The translations under genes and the position numbers were made by a program. From NCBI GenBank assembly GCA_963765675.1, contig CAVXXK010000001.1, positions 1,440,001-1,504,000 on the forward strand: a stretch of 64,000 bases of DNA, read 5' to 3'. Numbering within the stretch: position 1 is the first letter of the stretch; every line of letters starts with the position of its first letter. This document shows positions 19,565 through 29,712 of this stretch, piece after piece. This stretch comes from an uncultured delta proteobacterium (GTDB taxonomy: Bacteria > Desulfobacterota > Binatia > Binatales > Binataceae). The notes below the pieces were generated by a model. That model was not told the DNA's origin, did no database searches, and worked only from the letters and a program-made list of their open reading frames with translations.

Positions 19565-20569
19565 GTGGCGACCAAGATTGCGATCAACGGCTTCGGACGA
19601 ATCGGCCGGATGTTTTTCCGTGCGGCGATGCACAAATCAGATTTGGAAGTCGTCGCGGTCAACGACATCACCAGCGCCGCCACACTGGCGCATCTGCTCA
19701 AGTACGACTCCGTTCACGGCACTCTCAAGCACGAGATCAAAGTTGAGGGCGGCCATATCGTGATCGACGGCAAGACTCTTCAGGTGCTGGCCGAGCGCGA
19801 TCCCGCAAAACTGCCGTGGGCAAAGCTCGGCGTGCAGGCGGTGGTCGAATCAACTGGACTCTTTACCGCGCGCGACAAGGCGGGACTTCATCTTTCCGCC
19901 GGCGCGAAGAAAGTCATCATCAGCGCGCCCGCCGACGGCGCTGATGTCACGCTATGCCTCGGCGTCAACGAAAAATCCTACGACCCGGGAAAGCATCAGG
20001 TGATCTCCAACGCGTCGTGCACCACCAACTGCCTCGCGCCGGTCGCGATGGTACTGCACGAGAATTTTGGAATCGTCCACGGCCTGATGACCACCGTGCA
20101 CGGCTACACCGCCGATCAGAACCTGCAGGACGGACCGCATAGCGACTTGCGCCGCGCGCGCGCCGCCGCGCTCTCGATGGTGCCGACCTCGACCGGAGCG
20201 GCCAAGGCCATCGGCCTGGTGCTGCCGGCGCTCAAGGGCAAGCTCGACGGAATCGCGGTGCGCGTGCCGACGCCGAATGTCTCGATCGTCGATCTGACCG
20301 CGACTCTCGAGCGCGACGCCGATGACAAGGAGGTCAACGCCGCTATGAAAAAAGCCGCCGACGGCCCGCTCAAGGGAATTCTGGCCTACAGCGAGGCGCC
20401 GCTGGTCTCGATCGATTTCAACGGCAACCCGCATTCGTCGACCTTCGATGCGCCGCTGACCAAGGTGCTCGGCAACCGGCTGGTCAAGGTGTTCTCGTGG
20501 TACGACAACGAATGGGGCTATTCGAACCGGCTCGCCGATATCACCGCCTACGTGATCGACAGGATGTAA
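19565..20569 (+). CDS. gap: Glyceraldehyde-3-phosphate dehydrogenase, type I
   Basis: INGFGRIGR, ISNASCTTNCLAP, WYDNEWGYS. Confidence 0.98.
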   Translation: MATKIAINGFGRIGRMFFRAAMHKSDLEVVAVNDITSAATLAHLLKYDSVHGTLKHEIKVEGGHIVIDGKTLQVLAERDPAKLPWAKLGVQAVVESTGLFTARDKAGLHLSAGAKKVIISAPADGADVTLCLGVNEKSYDPGKHQVISNASCTTNCLAPVAMVLHENFGIVHGLMTTVHGYTADQNLQDGPHSDLRRARAAALSMVPTSTGAAKAIGLVLPALKGKLDGIAVRVPTPNVSIVDLTATLERDADDKEVNAAMKKAADGPLKGILAYSEAPLVSIDFNGNPHSSTFDAPLTKVLGNRLVKVFSWYDNEWGYSNRLADITAYVIDRM

Positions 20570-20599
20570 CTGCGGCGCGCGCCGCAGACTCTTTTCGCC

Positions 20600-21775
20600 A
20601 TGGCGATAATTCCTGTCACCGCGCTCGAGCTTTCAGGGCAGCGCGTTCTGGTGCGCTGCGACTTCAACGTGCCGTTCGCCGACGGAAAGATCTCCGACCC
20701 CGCGCGAATCGACGCGAGCCTGCCGACGATTCGCTACATCCTTGGCGCCGGCGCGACGGCGATCCTGTGCTCGCATCTGGGGCGTCCCAAGGAACGCTCG
20801 CCCCAGTTCAGCCTCAAACCGGTCGCGGAATATCTGAGCATCGCCCTTGCGCGCAAAGTCGCGCTCGCGCCCGATTGCATCGGCGACGTGACCGGCAAGA
20901 TGATCGCGGCGCTCAAGCCAGGCGACGCAATCCTGCTCGAGAATCTGCGCTTTCACGCCGAGGAAGAGGCCAACGATCGCGACTTCGCCCACGAACTCGC
21001 GCGCGGCAAGACCGCTTATGTAAACGACGCGTTCGGCAGCGCGCATCGCGCGCACGCCTCGACGGTCGGCGTGACGAAATTTCTGCCGGAGCGCGCGGCA
21101 GGACTCCTGATGATCGCCGAGCTTGAGGCATTGCGTTCCGTCACTGAAAATCCCGTGCGCCCGATGGTCGCGATCCTGGGCGGAGCCAAAGTCACCGACA
21201 AGATCGGGCTGATCAAAAATCTGCTGCCGCGCGTCGACGCGATCCTGATCGGCGGCGCCATGGCGTACACCTTCCTGCGCGCGCAGGGAATCGCCGTCGG
21301 CCGCTCGCGAGTCGAAGAAGACAAGATCGAGCTCGCGCGCGAGCTCCTCGCGCTGGCCGAGAACAAAGGCGTCAGTATCGAGCTGCCGTCCGACCATATC
21401 GTGGCGTCCGCTCCTGAAGCGGGCGCGATCGCTGAAACAGCGGTTGAAATTCCCGCGGAAATGATGGGACTCGATATTGGTCCCGCGACGATTGAGCGCT
21501 TCATCGCGGCGCTCGCGCCGGCCAAGACGGTCATATGGAATGGCCCGCTCGGGTTTTTCGAAATTCCCGAATTTGCGCGAGGCACGCTCGCGGTCGGAGA
21601 AGCACTCGCGAACCAGTCCGGCACTAAATCGATCCTGGGCGGCGGAGATACCGCGGCGGCCGTCGCCGGACACGAGTGGTCCTCGCGCTTTACCCATATC
21701 TCGACCGGGGGCGGCGCGACGCTCGAGTTTCTCGAAGGCCGCGAGCTTCCCGGCGTCAAAGCCCTCGAGCGTTAA
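20600..21775 (+). CDS. pgk: Phosphoglycerate kinase
   Basis: VRCDFNVP, SHLGRP, LLENLRF, NDAFGSAHRAHAS, HISTGGGA. Confidence 0.98.
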   Translation: MAIIPVTALELSGQRVLVRCDFNVPFADGKISDPARIDASLPTIRYILGAGATAILCSHLGRPKERSPQFSLKPVAEYLSIALARKVALAPDCIGDVTGKMIAALKPGDAILLENLRFHAEEEANDRDFAHELARGKTAYVNDAFGSAHRAHASTVGVTKFLPERAAGLLMIAELEALRSVTENPVRPMVAILGGAKVTDKIGLIKNLLPRVDAILIGGAMAYTFLRAQGIAVGRSRVEEDKIELARELLALAENKGVSIELPSDHIVASAPEAGAIAETAVEIPAEMMGLDIGPATIERFIAALAPAKTVIWNGPLGFFEIPEFARGTLAVGEALANQSGTKSILGGGDTAAAVAGHEWSSRFTHISTGGGATLEFLEGRELPGVKALER

Positions 21776-21787
21776 AGGACGATCGAA

Positions 21788-22561
21788 ATGCGCAGGCTAA
21801 TGCTCGCTGGCAATTGGAAGATGAACCTTAACGCAGTCGAAGCGCGCGCGCTGATCGCGGCGATCCGCGCCGATATCGATCGCGACGCAGCCACGCTGGC
21901 GCGCGATCGCGATATCATGGTCGCGCCGCCCGCCGTGATGATCCCCGCCGCCGCGCAGGCTCTTGCGGGATCGTCGATCGCCCTCGGCGCTCAGAACATG
22001 CACTACGAGGATAGGGGCGCATTCACGGGCGAAGTCTCGCCTCCGATGCTCCTCGCGTTCGGCGTGAGCCACGTGATTCTCGGCCATTCCGAGCGCCGCC
22101 ATATTTTTCACGAAACCGACGAGCTGGTTAATCGCAAGATGCTCTCGGCGCTGAAGCATCGCATGATCCCGATCATGTGCGTCGGCGAGACCCAGGAAGA
22201 ACACGACGGCGGCCGTGCGCTCGACGTCGTGATGCGCCAGCTGCAGGGCGGACTCGAGGGCGTCCCGGCCGAGCACGCCGCGCGGGTCGTGATCGCCTAC
22301 GAGCCGATATGGGCTATCGGCACCGGACGCACCGCCTCGCCCGAGCAGGCGCAGAATGTCCACGGCGCGATTCGGCAAACTCTCGCCGACTTGCACGGCC
22401 GTGAAGCCGCCGAGGCGATGCGGATCCTCTACGGCGGCAGCGTCACGGCAGAGAATGTTGACTCGCTCGTCTCCAAGCCCGATATTGACGGGGCTCTGGT
22501 CGGCGGGGCAAGCTTAAAGGCCGACTCCTTTGCGAGGATCATCCGGGCAGGTCGCGGGTGA
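21788..22561 (+). CDS. tpiA: Triosephosphate isomerase
   Basis: [36 protein letters not shown]. Confidence 0.98.
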   Translation: MRRLMLAGNWKMNLNAVEARALIAAIRADIDRDAATLARDRDIMVAPPAVMIPAAAQALAGSSIALGAQNMHYEDRGAFTGEVSPPMLLAFGVSHVILGHSERRHIFHETDELVNRKMLSALKHRMIPIMCVGETQEEHDGGRALDVVMRQLQGGLEGVPAEHAARVVIAYEPIWAIGTGRTASPEQAQNVHGAIRQTLADLHGREAAEAMRILYGGSVTAENVDSLVSKPDIDGALVGGASLKADSFARIIRAGRG

Positions 22562-22592
22562 GAATCCGCGAAGGATCTCAGAAGACAATCGA

Positions 22593-22964
22593 ATGTACGT
22601 ATCGGCAGCAATTGCGATTCACATTTCCGTGTGCGTCGTGCTCGTCGTGATTATCCTGCTTCAGCAGGGTAAGGGCGCAGACGTCGGCGCAGTGTTTGGC
22701 GGCTCGAGTTCGACCGTGTTCGGTTCGAGCGGCGCGGGAAACGCGATGACCAAGGCGACTTGGGCGCTCGCGACTGTTTTCTTTGCGACCTCGATCTTCC
22801 TGGCTTATTCGTCAACTCAGCGCGCGACCGGCAGTATTTTTTCCGGCTCTGCGGCGCAGACCAGGTCGGTGATGCCCGCGGCGCCCGCGGGCAAAGTTGC
22901 GGTTCCCGCCGCAGCACCTGCGGCAGGCGGAGCAGCGCCGGTGCCGGCGCCGTCGCAGAAATGA
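22593..22964 (+). CDS. secG: Preprotein translocase subunit SecG
   Basis: ILLQQGKGADVGAVFGGSSSTVFG; between tpiA and tRNA-Leu. Confidence 0.95.
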   Translation: MYVSAAIAIHISVCVVLVVIILLQQGKGADVGAVFGGSSSTVFGSSGAGNAMTKATWALATVFFATSIFLAYSSTQRATGSIFSGSAAQTRSVMPAAPAGKVAVPAAAPAAGGAAPVPAPSQK

Positions 22965-22988
22965 GCCACGGCGCTAATCCCATCCGAT

Positions 22989-23071
22989 GCGCGGGTGGTG
23001 GAACGGCAGACACGCCAGTTTGAGGGGCTGGTGGCCGAAAGGCCGTGGGGGTTCAAGTCCCCCTCCGCGCA
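22989..23071 (+). tRNA. tRNA-Leu(GAG)
   Basis: Acceptor GCGCGGG/TCCGCGC, anticodon arm CCAGT-TTGAGGG-GCTGG, long variable arm, GGGGG-TTCAAGT-CCCCC T arm; followed by CCG so CCA not fully encoded; secG-tRNA-Leu synteny. Confidence 0.95.
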
Positions 23072-23118
23072 CCGATTCCTGATTCCTCTTAACCCTCGAT
23101 CAGTAGCTTCGCTAGTGC

Positions 23119-23147
23119 TTGTTTACGAACTCAGATCACGCGATAAT
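23119..23147 (+). promoter_or_regulatory. Putative sigma70 promoter of the two-gene module (probably leaderless mRNA)
   Basis: TTGTTT-N17-GATAAT, ATG 8 nt downstream, no Shine-Dalgarno. Confidence 0.45.
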
Positions 23148-23155
23148 TTAGAACG

Positions 23156-23353
23156 ATGGCGCCGAAGCAAAGAAAACTCATCGAATCGATGCTATCTGAC
23201 CTGAGCGGTCCTCGGGCAGTCGAAGGGTTTCGCAAGGCTGCGAATGCGTTCACATCGGACGCTACCCGCTCGGAAGCTTCCGCCAGGAAGGTCCTGATTG
23301 ACGAGGGGATCTATACCAAGTCAGGCAAACTCTCCAAAAACTACAGTTCCTGA
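23156..23353 (+). CDS. 65-aa hypothetical protein, candidate antitoxin
   Basis: Helical, ends ARKVLIDEGIYTKSGKLSKNY; TGA abuts TTG start of next gene. Confidence 0.7.
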   Translation: MAPKQRKLIESMLSDLSGPRAVEGFRKAANAFTSDATRSEASARKVLIDEGIYTKSGKLSKNYSS

Positions 23354-23935
23354 TTGCATCGTCTTGCGGCCAGCTTTGTCCTCGCCTATCACGGTTGCGA
23401 ACGCCAAGTTGGCGAGCGGATTCTGAAGGGCGAAGCGTTCAAGCCAAGTAACAACGACTACGATTGGCTGGGTCCTGGAATCTACTTCTGGGAGTCTAAT
23501 CCCAGGCGCGGTTTGGATTACGCCGGGGAAGTTCTCTCGCGAGCGCGTGCTCGTTCCAAGACCCCCTTCGTTATTGGAGCCGTTGTATCGCTTGGCCGAT
23601 GCCTGGATCTGACAACCTCCGATGGTATCGAGTTTGTTCGGTCCGCATACACAAGTCTTCTAGACGCAACCAAAGCCGCGGGTCTTCCACTTCCCACAAA
23701 TTCAGATGATAAATTGCGCAGGCATCTCGATTGCGCGGTGATTCGTCGCGTCCATACGATTCTCGCCGCGGCGGGCTCAGAACCGGTCGATAGCGTCAAG
23801 GGAATCTTCATCGAGGGCAAGCCGATCTATGCGGGTTCGGGTTTCTACGAAAAAACTCACGTTCAGATCGCGGTCTGCAACCCGGAGTGTATTAAGGGCG
23901 AATTTAGGGTGCCTTCCAATCAGCTTGACCAGTAG
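23354..23935 (+). CDS. Putative ADP-ribosyltransferase-fold toxin
   Basis: AYHGC, DWLGPGIYFWE, LGRCLDL, LDCAVI, THVQIAVCN: H-Y-x strand arrangement of diphtheria-toxin/PARP-like ARTs. Confidence 0.7.
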   Translation: MHRLAASFVLAYHGCERQVGERILKGEAFKPSNNDYDWLGPGIYFWESNPRRGLDYAGEVLSRARARSKTPFVIGAVVSLGRCLDLTTSDGIEFVRSAYTSLLDATKAAGLPLPTNSDDKLRRHLDCAVIRRVHTILAAAGSEPVDSVKGIFIEGKPIYAGSGFYEKTHVQIAVCNPECIKGEFRVPSNQLDQ

Positions 23936-23976
23936 AGATGAGCGATTGTGCGGTGACCGATCGATTTGTCCGGTTA

Positions 23977-24588
23977 TTACTCGAACTGGACGCTGCTTAA
24001 GAACGCGTCGGCTTCCTGCTCGCCCTCGGGCGTGCCGCCGCTTGGACTGCGTTGGGTGTAAATAAAGCGCACGATAAATCCGGGTGCGCTCGGATCGATA
24101 CATTCGAGACTGTCCTCGTCGGTGACCAGCCGATCCACCGAGGGATCGGGCGTGTTCGCGTAGTTTACCGTCAGCAGCGACCGTGCATGATAGCGCAGGC
24201 AAGTCGCGCCGTGGCCCGCCGCCGGCGAGACCACCTTGTCGCCGCCGGGCAGACTCTCGGCCCACTGCTGCAACTGATCGGCGTTAGTTACCGTGGTCGG
24301 CGGTTCGAACGCGTAAATCAGAATCTGCGATTCAGCCCGCCCGTCATGGCGGGTGAACTCGGCCAGCGTCGGCGGATCGACCGTGTCACGCAGATACCAT
24401 CCGGTGCGCCCCGGCCGCTGGAACGAAAAATCTCCGCGCTGCATCCGTCCCGGCAAGCCGCCCGCGTCAGTCTGCAAAAGATAGGTGCACGACGTCGTCG
24501 CGATGCCGCTCAGAATCATTGCTGCGCACAGGCGCGCAAATCGCCGCCACTTGCGGCTTCCACAATCACGCGGCCCTGCGGGATTCAT
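23977..24588 (-). CDS. Hypothetical lipoprotein
   Basis: RKWRRFARLCAAMILSGIATTSC signal/lipobox-like; ends FLSSVQFE; start uncertain. Confidence 0.6.
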   Translation of the reverse strand: MNPAGPRDCGSRKWRRFARLCAAMILSGIATTSCTYLLQTDAGGLPGRMQRGDFSFQRPGRTGWYLRDTVDPPTLAEFTRHDGRAESQILIYAFEPPTTVTNADQLQQWAESLPGGDKVVSPAAGHGATCLRYHARSLLTVNYANTPDPSVDRLVTDEDSLECIDPSAPGFIVRFIYTQRSPSGGTPEGEQEADAFLSSVQFE

Positions 24589-24764
24589 TGAAATTGATAT
24601 TCCAGATGCGCGCGGACAGTCGCGACGGTTATAGCGGTCCCCGCGTGCCGCGGCAATCAATCCGCCGCGACGACGGCTTTCCATAATCATGGCGCTGTGG
24701 TTTATTTCTGCCCGACAGAGTGTTTGCAGGAATCAGACACCGTACGGAATCGGGGGAAACCAAG

Positions 24765-25169
24765 ATGCCGGAAAATGACGGTTCCAAGCTTCTGAAGGCT
24801 GCGCTCGTGGTGGTCGGGATAATCTTCGTGATCGGAATTTATCCGCTCACGATTGTCTGGCCCGCAGGATGGGCCTGGCACCTATCCGGGCGCTCGAATT
24901 ACCTGGAAATGATTCTGGGGGTCTACGCGACGCTGGGAGTTTTTCTGATTCTCGCCGCGCGCCACCCGCTCCAGAATCTAAGCCTCATCTGGTTCACGGT
25001 ATGGTCGAGCATCGTGCATGGGGGGATCATGGCGTTGCAGGCATTAGCCAATCCTGAGCATCTCGGCCATCTGCTCGGCGACGTGCCCGCGCTGCTGATT
25101 GTCGCTTTGGTACTGGCGATTCTAACTATTCGCGCGCAACGGGAAAGTGCGATGGTGCCGGCCGGCTGA
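24765..25169 (+). CDS. Small membrane protein (DUF6632-like)
   Basis: YPLTIVWPAGWAW, YLEMILGVYATLGVFL, SLIWFTVWSSIVHGGIM, GHLLGDVPAL. Confidence 0.8.
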   Translation: MPENDGSKLLKAALVVVGIIFVIGIYPLTIVWPAGWAWHLSGRSNYLEMILGVYATLGVFLILAARHPLQNLSLIWFTVWSSIVHGGIMALQALANPEHLGHLLGDVPALLIVALVLAILTIRAQRESAMVPAG

Positions 25170-25192
25170 CCGGACGCCGTCCGCCTTTTGCA

Positions 25193-26099
25193 CTACTGCT
25201 GATTGGCGCCCGGGTCGATCGGAGAACTCGTTGGCTCTTCCGACTCCGATATATCCAGCGACACCAGCATCGTCTGCGTTCCTCCGGCGCTGCGATAGAC
25301 GCCCGAGAGCGGAGGTACGTCGGCATAGTCGCGTCCGACGGCGACTCGCAGATGATGGTCTCCGGCGCGAGCGCCGTGCGTCGGGTCGAAACCAATCCAT
25401 CCCGAGTCGGGAATCATCGCCTCGATCCATGCGTGGCTCGCCTGCTCGCCGAGCGGCCGGCGATTCCCCGACTCGACCATCGGCGCCAGGTATCCCGACA
25501 CATAGCGCGCGGGCACTCCCGCAAGGCGCAGGATGCCGATCATCAGATGCGCGAAGTCCTGGCACACGCCGCCTCCGGCCTGCAGGATGTGGTTCAAGTC
25601 GGAGCGGACGTTGGTTGCGCCGGGCTCGTACGCGAACTGTCCGCGAATCCATCCAACGATCCGGCATACGTAGTCCACGACTGGTTCATTCATCCGCGGC
25701 CGCGCCATCCAGAACAGCTTCTTGAGCGGCTCGCTGAACGGCACGTAGCGGCTCGGATGCAAAAAATCATACTCGAGCTGTGAGCGCAGCGCGTCACCCG
25801 CCAGAAATTCGCCGAACGGATGGCGCGGCGCGCTCAGCGCCCGCGGCGCGGATTCGCTCGATCAGGGAATCGGCCACCACCACCAGCTCGCGATGCGCTT
25901 CGTGCACCGATAACGCATGCACAATATTGCCAAACGAGTCGCGATAGTCGATTACCGCAGCGCGCGGAATCACTTCGAGCCGAAAACCTATCGTTCGCTG
26001 GCCCGAACTCTCGCGCGGGCGTAGCCGAACCTCGTTGTGCGATTCATACGCCGGCTGGTCGTAGGCAAAGCGCGTAACATGTCTGACCCGAAATCTCAT
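25193..26099 (-). CDS. Transglutaminase family protein, split by a +1 frameshift near 25850
   Basis: N-part RVRHVTRFAY..ESHNEVRLRP..DSFGN; C-part GVCQDFAH, PARYVSGY, ASHAW, FDPTH, VGRDYADVPP; frames join if one base is removed. Confidence 0.88.
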
Positions 26100-26163
26100 T
26101 CCAAACTGTCTTTCCCGATCTATCCGATATACTCAGATGCCATTATAGTCATTCGTCCGGATA

Positions 26164-27112
26164 CTATTCGAATTTCAAATACTCAGCCGATACTTCCTCT
26201 CCGATCCGCGCGCAATCCTCCTGAATCCCAAGCAGGTATTCATGCAGTCCCGACTCGATCACGGTGGTCGCGGCTCCCGCGCGCAACCGCACGCCCAGCG
26301 CATGCGCCGATGGCACCCGATCGACGCCATTGGAATGCATCCCCGCCGCTTCGACCCGGCCCGAGCGCCGAACCCATCCGGTCGATACAGAAACGCGCCG
26401 CGCGGGGAAACGAGGCGTCGAAGAGCAGCACCTCGACCACTTTGTCCGCGCGAATCAGATTTCCATGCGAGCGCCGATACGCCTCGAGCGCCGACGCGCT
26501 GCGCAAAAGCGCCGCCCATTGCGAGAGATCCAGCGGTGAGCCGACATCCTCGAGCTTCGGCAGCAGCACGTGATACTTCACGTCGAGCAAGCGCGAGATA
26601 TTCTCGGCGCATTCGAGCGAGCGTCCGATCGCGAGAAAATCGAAGCCAACATCGCGCAAGATCGTGGTCTGGATCACGCCCGCGATCCGGTAAAAGCGCT
26701 CGCGCAGCTCGGAGAAGAATCCGTACACACCAACCGCTTCGAGCATCGCGGGGGACCATCTTTGCGTGTCGAGATACAGCGTGTTGATTTCGAGCCATAG
26801 CTCGGAGGAAATGCGATGCCGCAGCGCGCTGCAATTCTCTCGGGCGAATCCGATACAGCTTCGAATCGAAGAAAGATTTTTCTCGTCGAATGCGTAATAG
26901 CCCAACACGGACGCTTCGTCGTCGGCCGCGTAGCGCGAGTCGAAATCGCTGCGATCGCCCGTGATCGCCAGCATCGCACCCCACGCTCCGCTCGGTCCCG
27001 CCGGACTTTCCACCAGCAGATGATAATTCACATCGACCAGCCGCGCGCGCCATTCCGCGCGCTCGAGATAGCGCGCGGTCCAATAAAGATGATTTGCAAC
27101 CCGTCTCAGCAC
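26164..27112 (-). CDS. Alpha-E domain protein, +1 frameshift near 26361
   Basis: LRRVANHLYWTARYLERAE..ARL, ARENCSALR..ISSELW, WAALLRSASALEAY, FPRA; shifted frame gives GLHEYLLGIQEDCARIGEEVSAEY to TAG 26164. Confidence 0.88.
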
Positions 27113-28605
27113 GGCCCATCCAGAACCCAGGTGTCTTTACTGCCGCCCCCTTGCGACGAGTTGACGACCAGCGAGCCCTCGCGCAAAGCAACCCTGGTAA
27201 GTCCGCCGGCGAGCACGCGCGGCCGCGTGCCCATCAGCACGAAGGGCCGCAAATCCACGTGCCGCGCCGCGGGAGCAACGCCGCCCTCGGCGTTGTCGAC
27301 CAGCGTAGGATGCACCGACAGGCTGACGACCGGCTGCGCGATGAAGTCTTTCGGATTGGCTTCGATCTGTTTGCGAGTTGCAGCCAGCTCGGCATCGCTG
27401 GCGCGCGGTCCGATCACGACTCCGTAACCGCCCGACGCGCCGGTGGGTTTGATTACAAAATGATCGAGGTCGCGCAGGACCATCGCGCGCACCTCGGGCT
27501 CGCGCAGCAGGTGCGTCTCGACGATCGGCAGAACTGGCTGTTCGCCTAAATAGTAGCGAATCATCTCGGGCGTGTAGGCAAACACCGCTTTATCGTCCGC
27601 CACTCCGGTGCCGATTCCGTTGGCTATCGTGACGCTGCCCGCGCGAATCGCCGCCGTCAGTCCTGCAACCCCCAGCATCGAGTCGTGCCGGAACACCACC
27701 GGATCGAGAAAGTCGTCATCGATCCGCCGGTACAGCACGTGGATCTGGCGCAGTCCGTGAACGGTCTTCATCCAGAGCTTGTGATCGACACAGACGAGGT
27801 CGCGTCCCTCGACCAGCTCAACCCCCATCTGCTGCGACAAAAACACATGCTCGAAAAACGCCGAGTTGAACGGCCCCGGAGTCAGCAGCGCGACTGTCGG
27901 CCGAGAGACTCCGGCAGGCACCAGCTCGCACAGGCTCTCAAGAAGGTCTGCAGGATAGCCTTCGACACTCCGCACCCGCGAAGCGCGCAAAGCTGCGGGC
28001 ATCAACCGCGTGGTCACCAGCCGGTTCTCGATCACGTACGAGACGCCCGACGGCGTGCGCGCGTTGTCCTCGAGCACGTAGAAGCGTCCGTCGGCGCCGC
28101 GCACCAGGTCGATTCCCGCCACGGTAATAAAAGTTCCGCCGGGAGGCGTGATCCCGACCGCGCCGCGCCGGTATTGCGACGATTCCAGGATCAGGTCGTG
28201 TGGAATCAGTCCGTCCTTGAGGATGTGCGCCTCGCCGTAAATATCCGCCACGAATGCGTTGAGCGCGCGCACCCGCTGGATCAGTCCCGCTTCGAGTGTT
28301 CGCCAGGTTTCCGCGTCGATAATCCGAGGAATCGGATCGAACGGAAAGATTCGTTCGGCGCCCTGGGTCTGTCCGTATACGTTGAAGGTGACCCCCATCC
28401 GGAGGAGCATCCGCTCGGCTTGAGCGCGCAGCGACGCGAACTCGGTGCCGTCCATTTCGAGCAGGCTCGACGCGATCGGCGCGCACCACGGATGCGGCCG
28501 CGCCGCGGCGGCGAACATCTCATCGAACATTCCGGAGGGCGGCTGGTATGCCGCGAAAACAGGCGCATGCATGCCCGCCCGCGAGGCATCTATAGATACT
28601 GCCAA
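27106..28605 (-). CDS. Circularly permuted type 2 ATP-grasp protein
   Basis: FPFDPIPRII, VLEDNARTPSGVSY, YRRIDDDFLDP, GTGVADDK, VNSSQGGGSKDTWVL; AGGAG RBS before TTG. Confidence 0.95.
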   Translation of the reverse strand: MAVSIDASRAGMHAPVFAAYQPPSGMFDEMFAAAARPHPWCAPIASSLLEMDGTEFASLRAQAERMLLRMGVTFNVYGQTQGAERIFPFDPIPRIIDAETWRTLEAGLIQRVRALNAFVADIYGEAHILKDGLIPHDLILESSQYRRGAVGITPPGGTFITVAGIDLVRGADGRFYVLEDNARTPSGVSYVIENRLVTTRLMPAALRASRVRSVEGYPADLLESLCELVPAGVSRPTVALLTPGPFNSAFFEHVFLSQQMGVELVEGRDLVCVDHKLWMKTVHGLRQIHVLYRRIDDDFLDPVVFRHDSMLGVAGLTAAIRAGSVTIANGIGTGVADDKAVFAYTPEMIRYYLGEQPVLPIVETHLLREPEVRAMVLRDLDHFVIKPTGASGGYGVVIGPRASDAELAATRKQIEANPKDFIAQPVVSLSVHPTLVDNAEGGVAPAARHVDLRPFVLMGTRPRVLAGGLTRVALREGSLVVNSSQGGGSKDTWVLDGPC

Positions 28606-28666
28606 GACAATCTCCTAGGCCGTTTCTCCCGCGCCATTCACCGGCGTTTATCGGGATAGCCATAGG

Positions 28667-28682
28667 AGCAATCGACGTGCCT
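28667..28682 (-). promoter_or_regulatory. Sigma54 (-24/-12) promoter
   Basis: Minus strand AGGCACGTCGATTGCT matches TGGCACG-N4-TTGCW with exact GG-N10-GC spacing, ~60 bp before operon start. Confidence 0.7.
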
Positions 28683-28722
28683 CGCCCGCGCTCCGCGGTC
28701 GTGCGTCCGATGAGCGTGTTGC

Positions 28723-29706
28723 TCAGCCCAGCGCAAGATTGAACTGCCGCTCCGCCGACGGCTGCGCCGGCTTTTGCGCGTCAAGCTCGTCCTCATGCGC
28801 AACCGGAAAGCCGTGGCGGCGCCGCAAGCGGTCGAAGATCGCGCGCATCCGATCGTCGTAGGCTTGCGGCGCATACGGCGAGTGCCCATAGAATGCGTCG
28901 ATTCTCTCTGCGAGTTCCGGAAAATTCTGGCGGACAAATGGGATAAACCTGCGCGCCGCCGCCGGCATCAGGAACAGCGTGCGCCACCATACGCCCTCGG
29001 CCCCCGCCTTGCGCGCCATCCGGATGACACTCTCGATCGCCGCCGGATCGTCGGTCAGCCCCGGGATCATCGGCATCATCAGGACGTTGCATCGAATCCC
29101 CGCCCGCGCGAGCGTGTTCAACGCGCGCAGCCGCAGGCCGGGACGAGGGGCGCGCGGCTCGAGGATTCGCTGCAGTCGCCGATTCAGCGTGATCACCGAA
29201 AAGTTCACCTGGATTCGCGAGCGCCGGTTGATCGCGAGCAGCAAATCGAGGTCGCGCGTCACCAGCGCCGACTTGGTCGTGATCGAGATATTCAAGCCCG
29301 AGAGCTGCGCGAAAACCTGCAGCATTGATCGCGTGAGGCCGTACTTCCGTTCTGCTGGCTGATACGGGTCGGTCGCGGTGCCGATAGCAATCGAGTCGGT
29401 GCCGATAGGCGTGCGTGAGAGCGTATGCGCCAGCACCTCGGCGGCCATCCGCTTGACGAAGATGCGCCGCTCGAAATCCATCGGATCGCGCAGCTCCAGG
29501 AACTCGTGCGTATACCTCGCGTAGCAATAGACGCATCCGAACTCGCATCCGCGGTACGGATTGATCGTCCACCGAAACGGCATCCGGGAGCCGGTGCATC
29601 GATTCAGAATCCGATGCACCGGCATCTCGACAAACTCGACTCCCCTGGCTGCCTCATCAGGCACCAGACGATCAGGGCGGAGTGGCAACGTGGCAACGGC
29701 GTTCAT
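28723..29706 (-). CDS. Spore-photoproduct-lyase-like radical SAM protein (PA0069/Rv2578c family)
   Basis: WTINPYRGCEFGCVYCYAR, IGTATDPYQPAE, ITTKS.LV.RD.DLL, LEPRAP. Confidence 0.92.
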   Translation of the reverse strand: MNAVATLPLRPDRLVPDEAARGVEFVEMPVHRILNRCTGSRMPFRWTINPYRGCEFGCVYCYARYTHEFLELRDPMDFERRIFVKRMAAEVLAHTLSRTPIGTDSIAIGTATDPYQPAERKYGLTRSMLQVFAQLSGLNISITTKSALVTRDLDLLLAINRRSRIQVNFSVITLNRRLQRILEPRAPRPGLRLRALNTLARAGIRCNVLMMPMIPGLTDDPAAIESVIRMARKAGAEGVWWRTLFLMPAAARRFIPFVRQNFPELAERIDAFYGHSPYAPQAYDDRMRAIFDRLRRRHGFPVAHEDELDAQKPAQPSAERQFNLALG

Positions 29707-29712
29707 TCGGAT

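Noticed and set aside
23040-25200. Prophage or ICE integrated at tRNA-Leu
   Set aside because: No integrase and no duplicated tRNA 3' end found by eye downstream
25840-26370. Programmed ribosomal frameshifting in alpha-E and transglutaminase genes
   Set aside because: No slippery sequence at the shift sites; similar indels in unrelated genes point to errors
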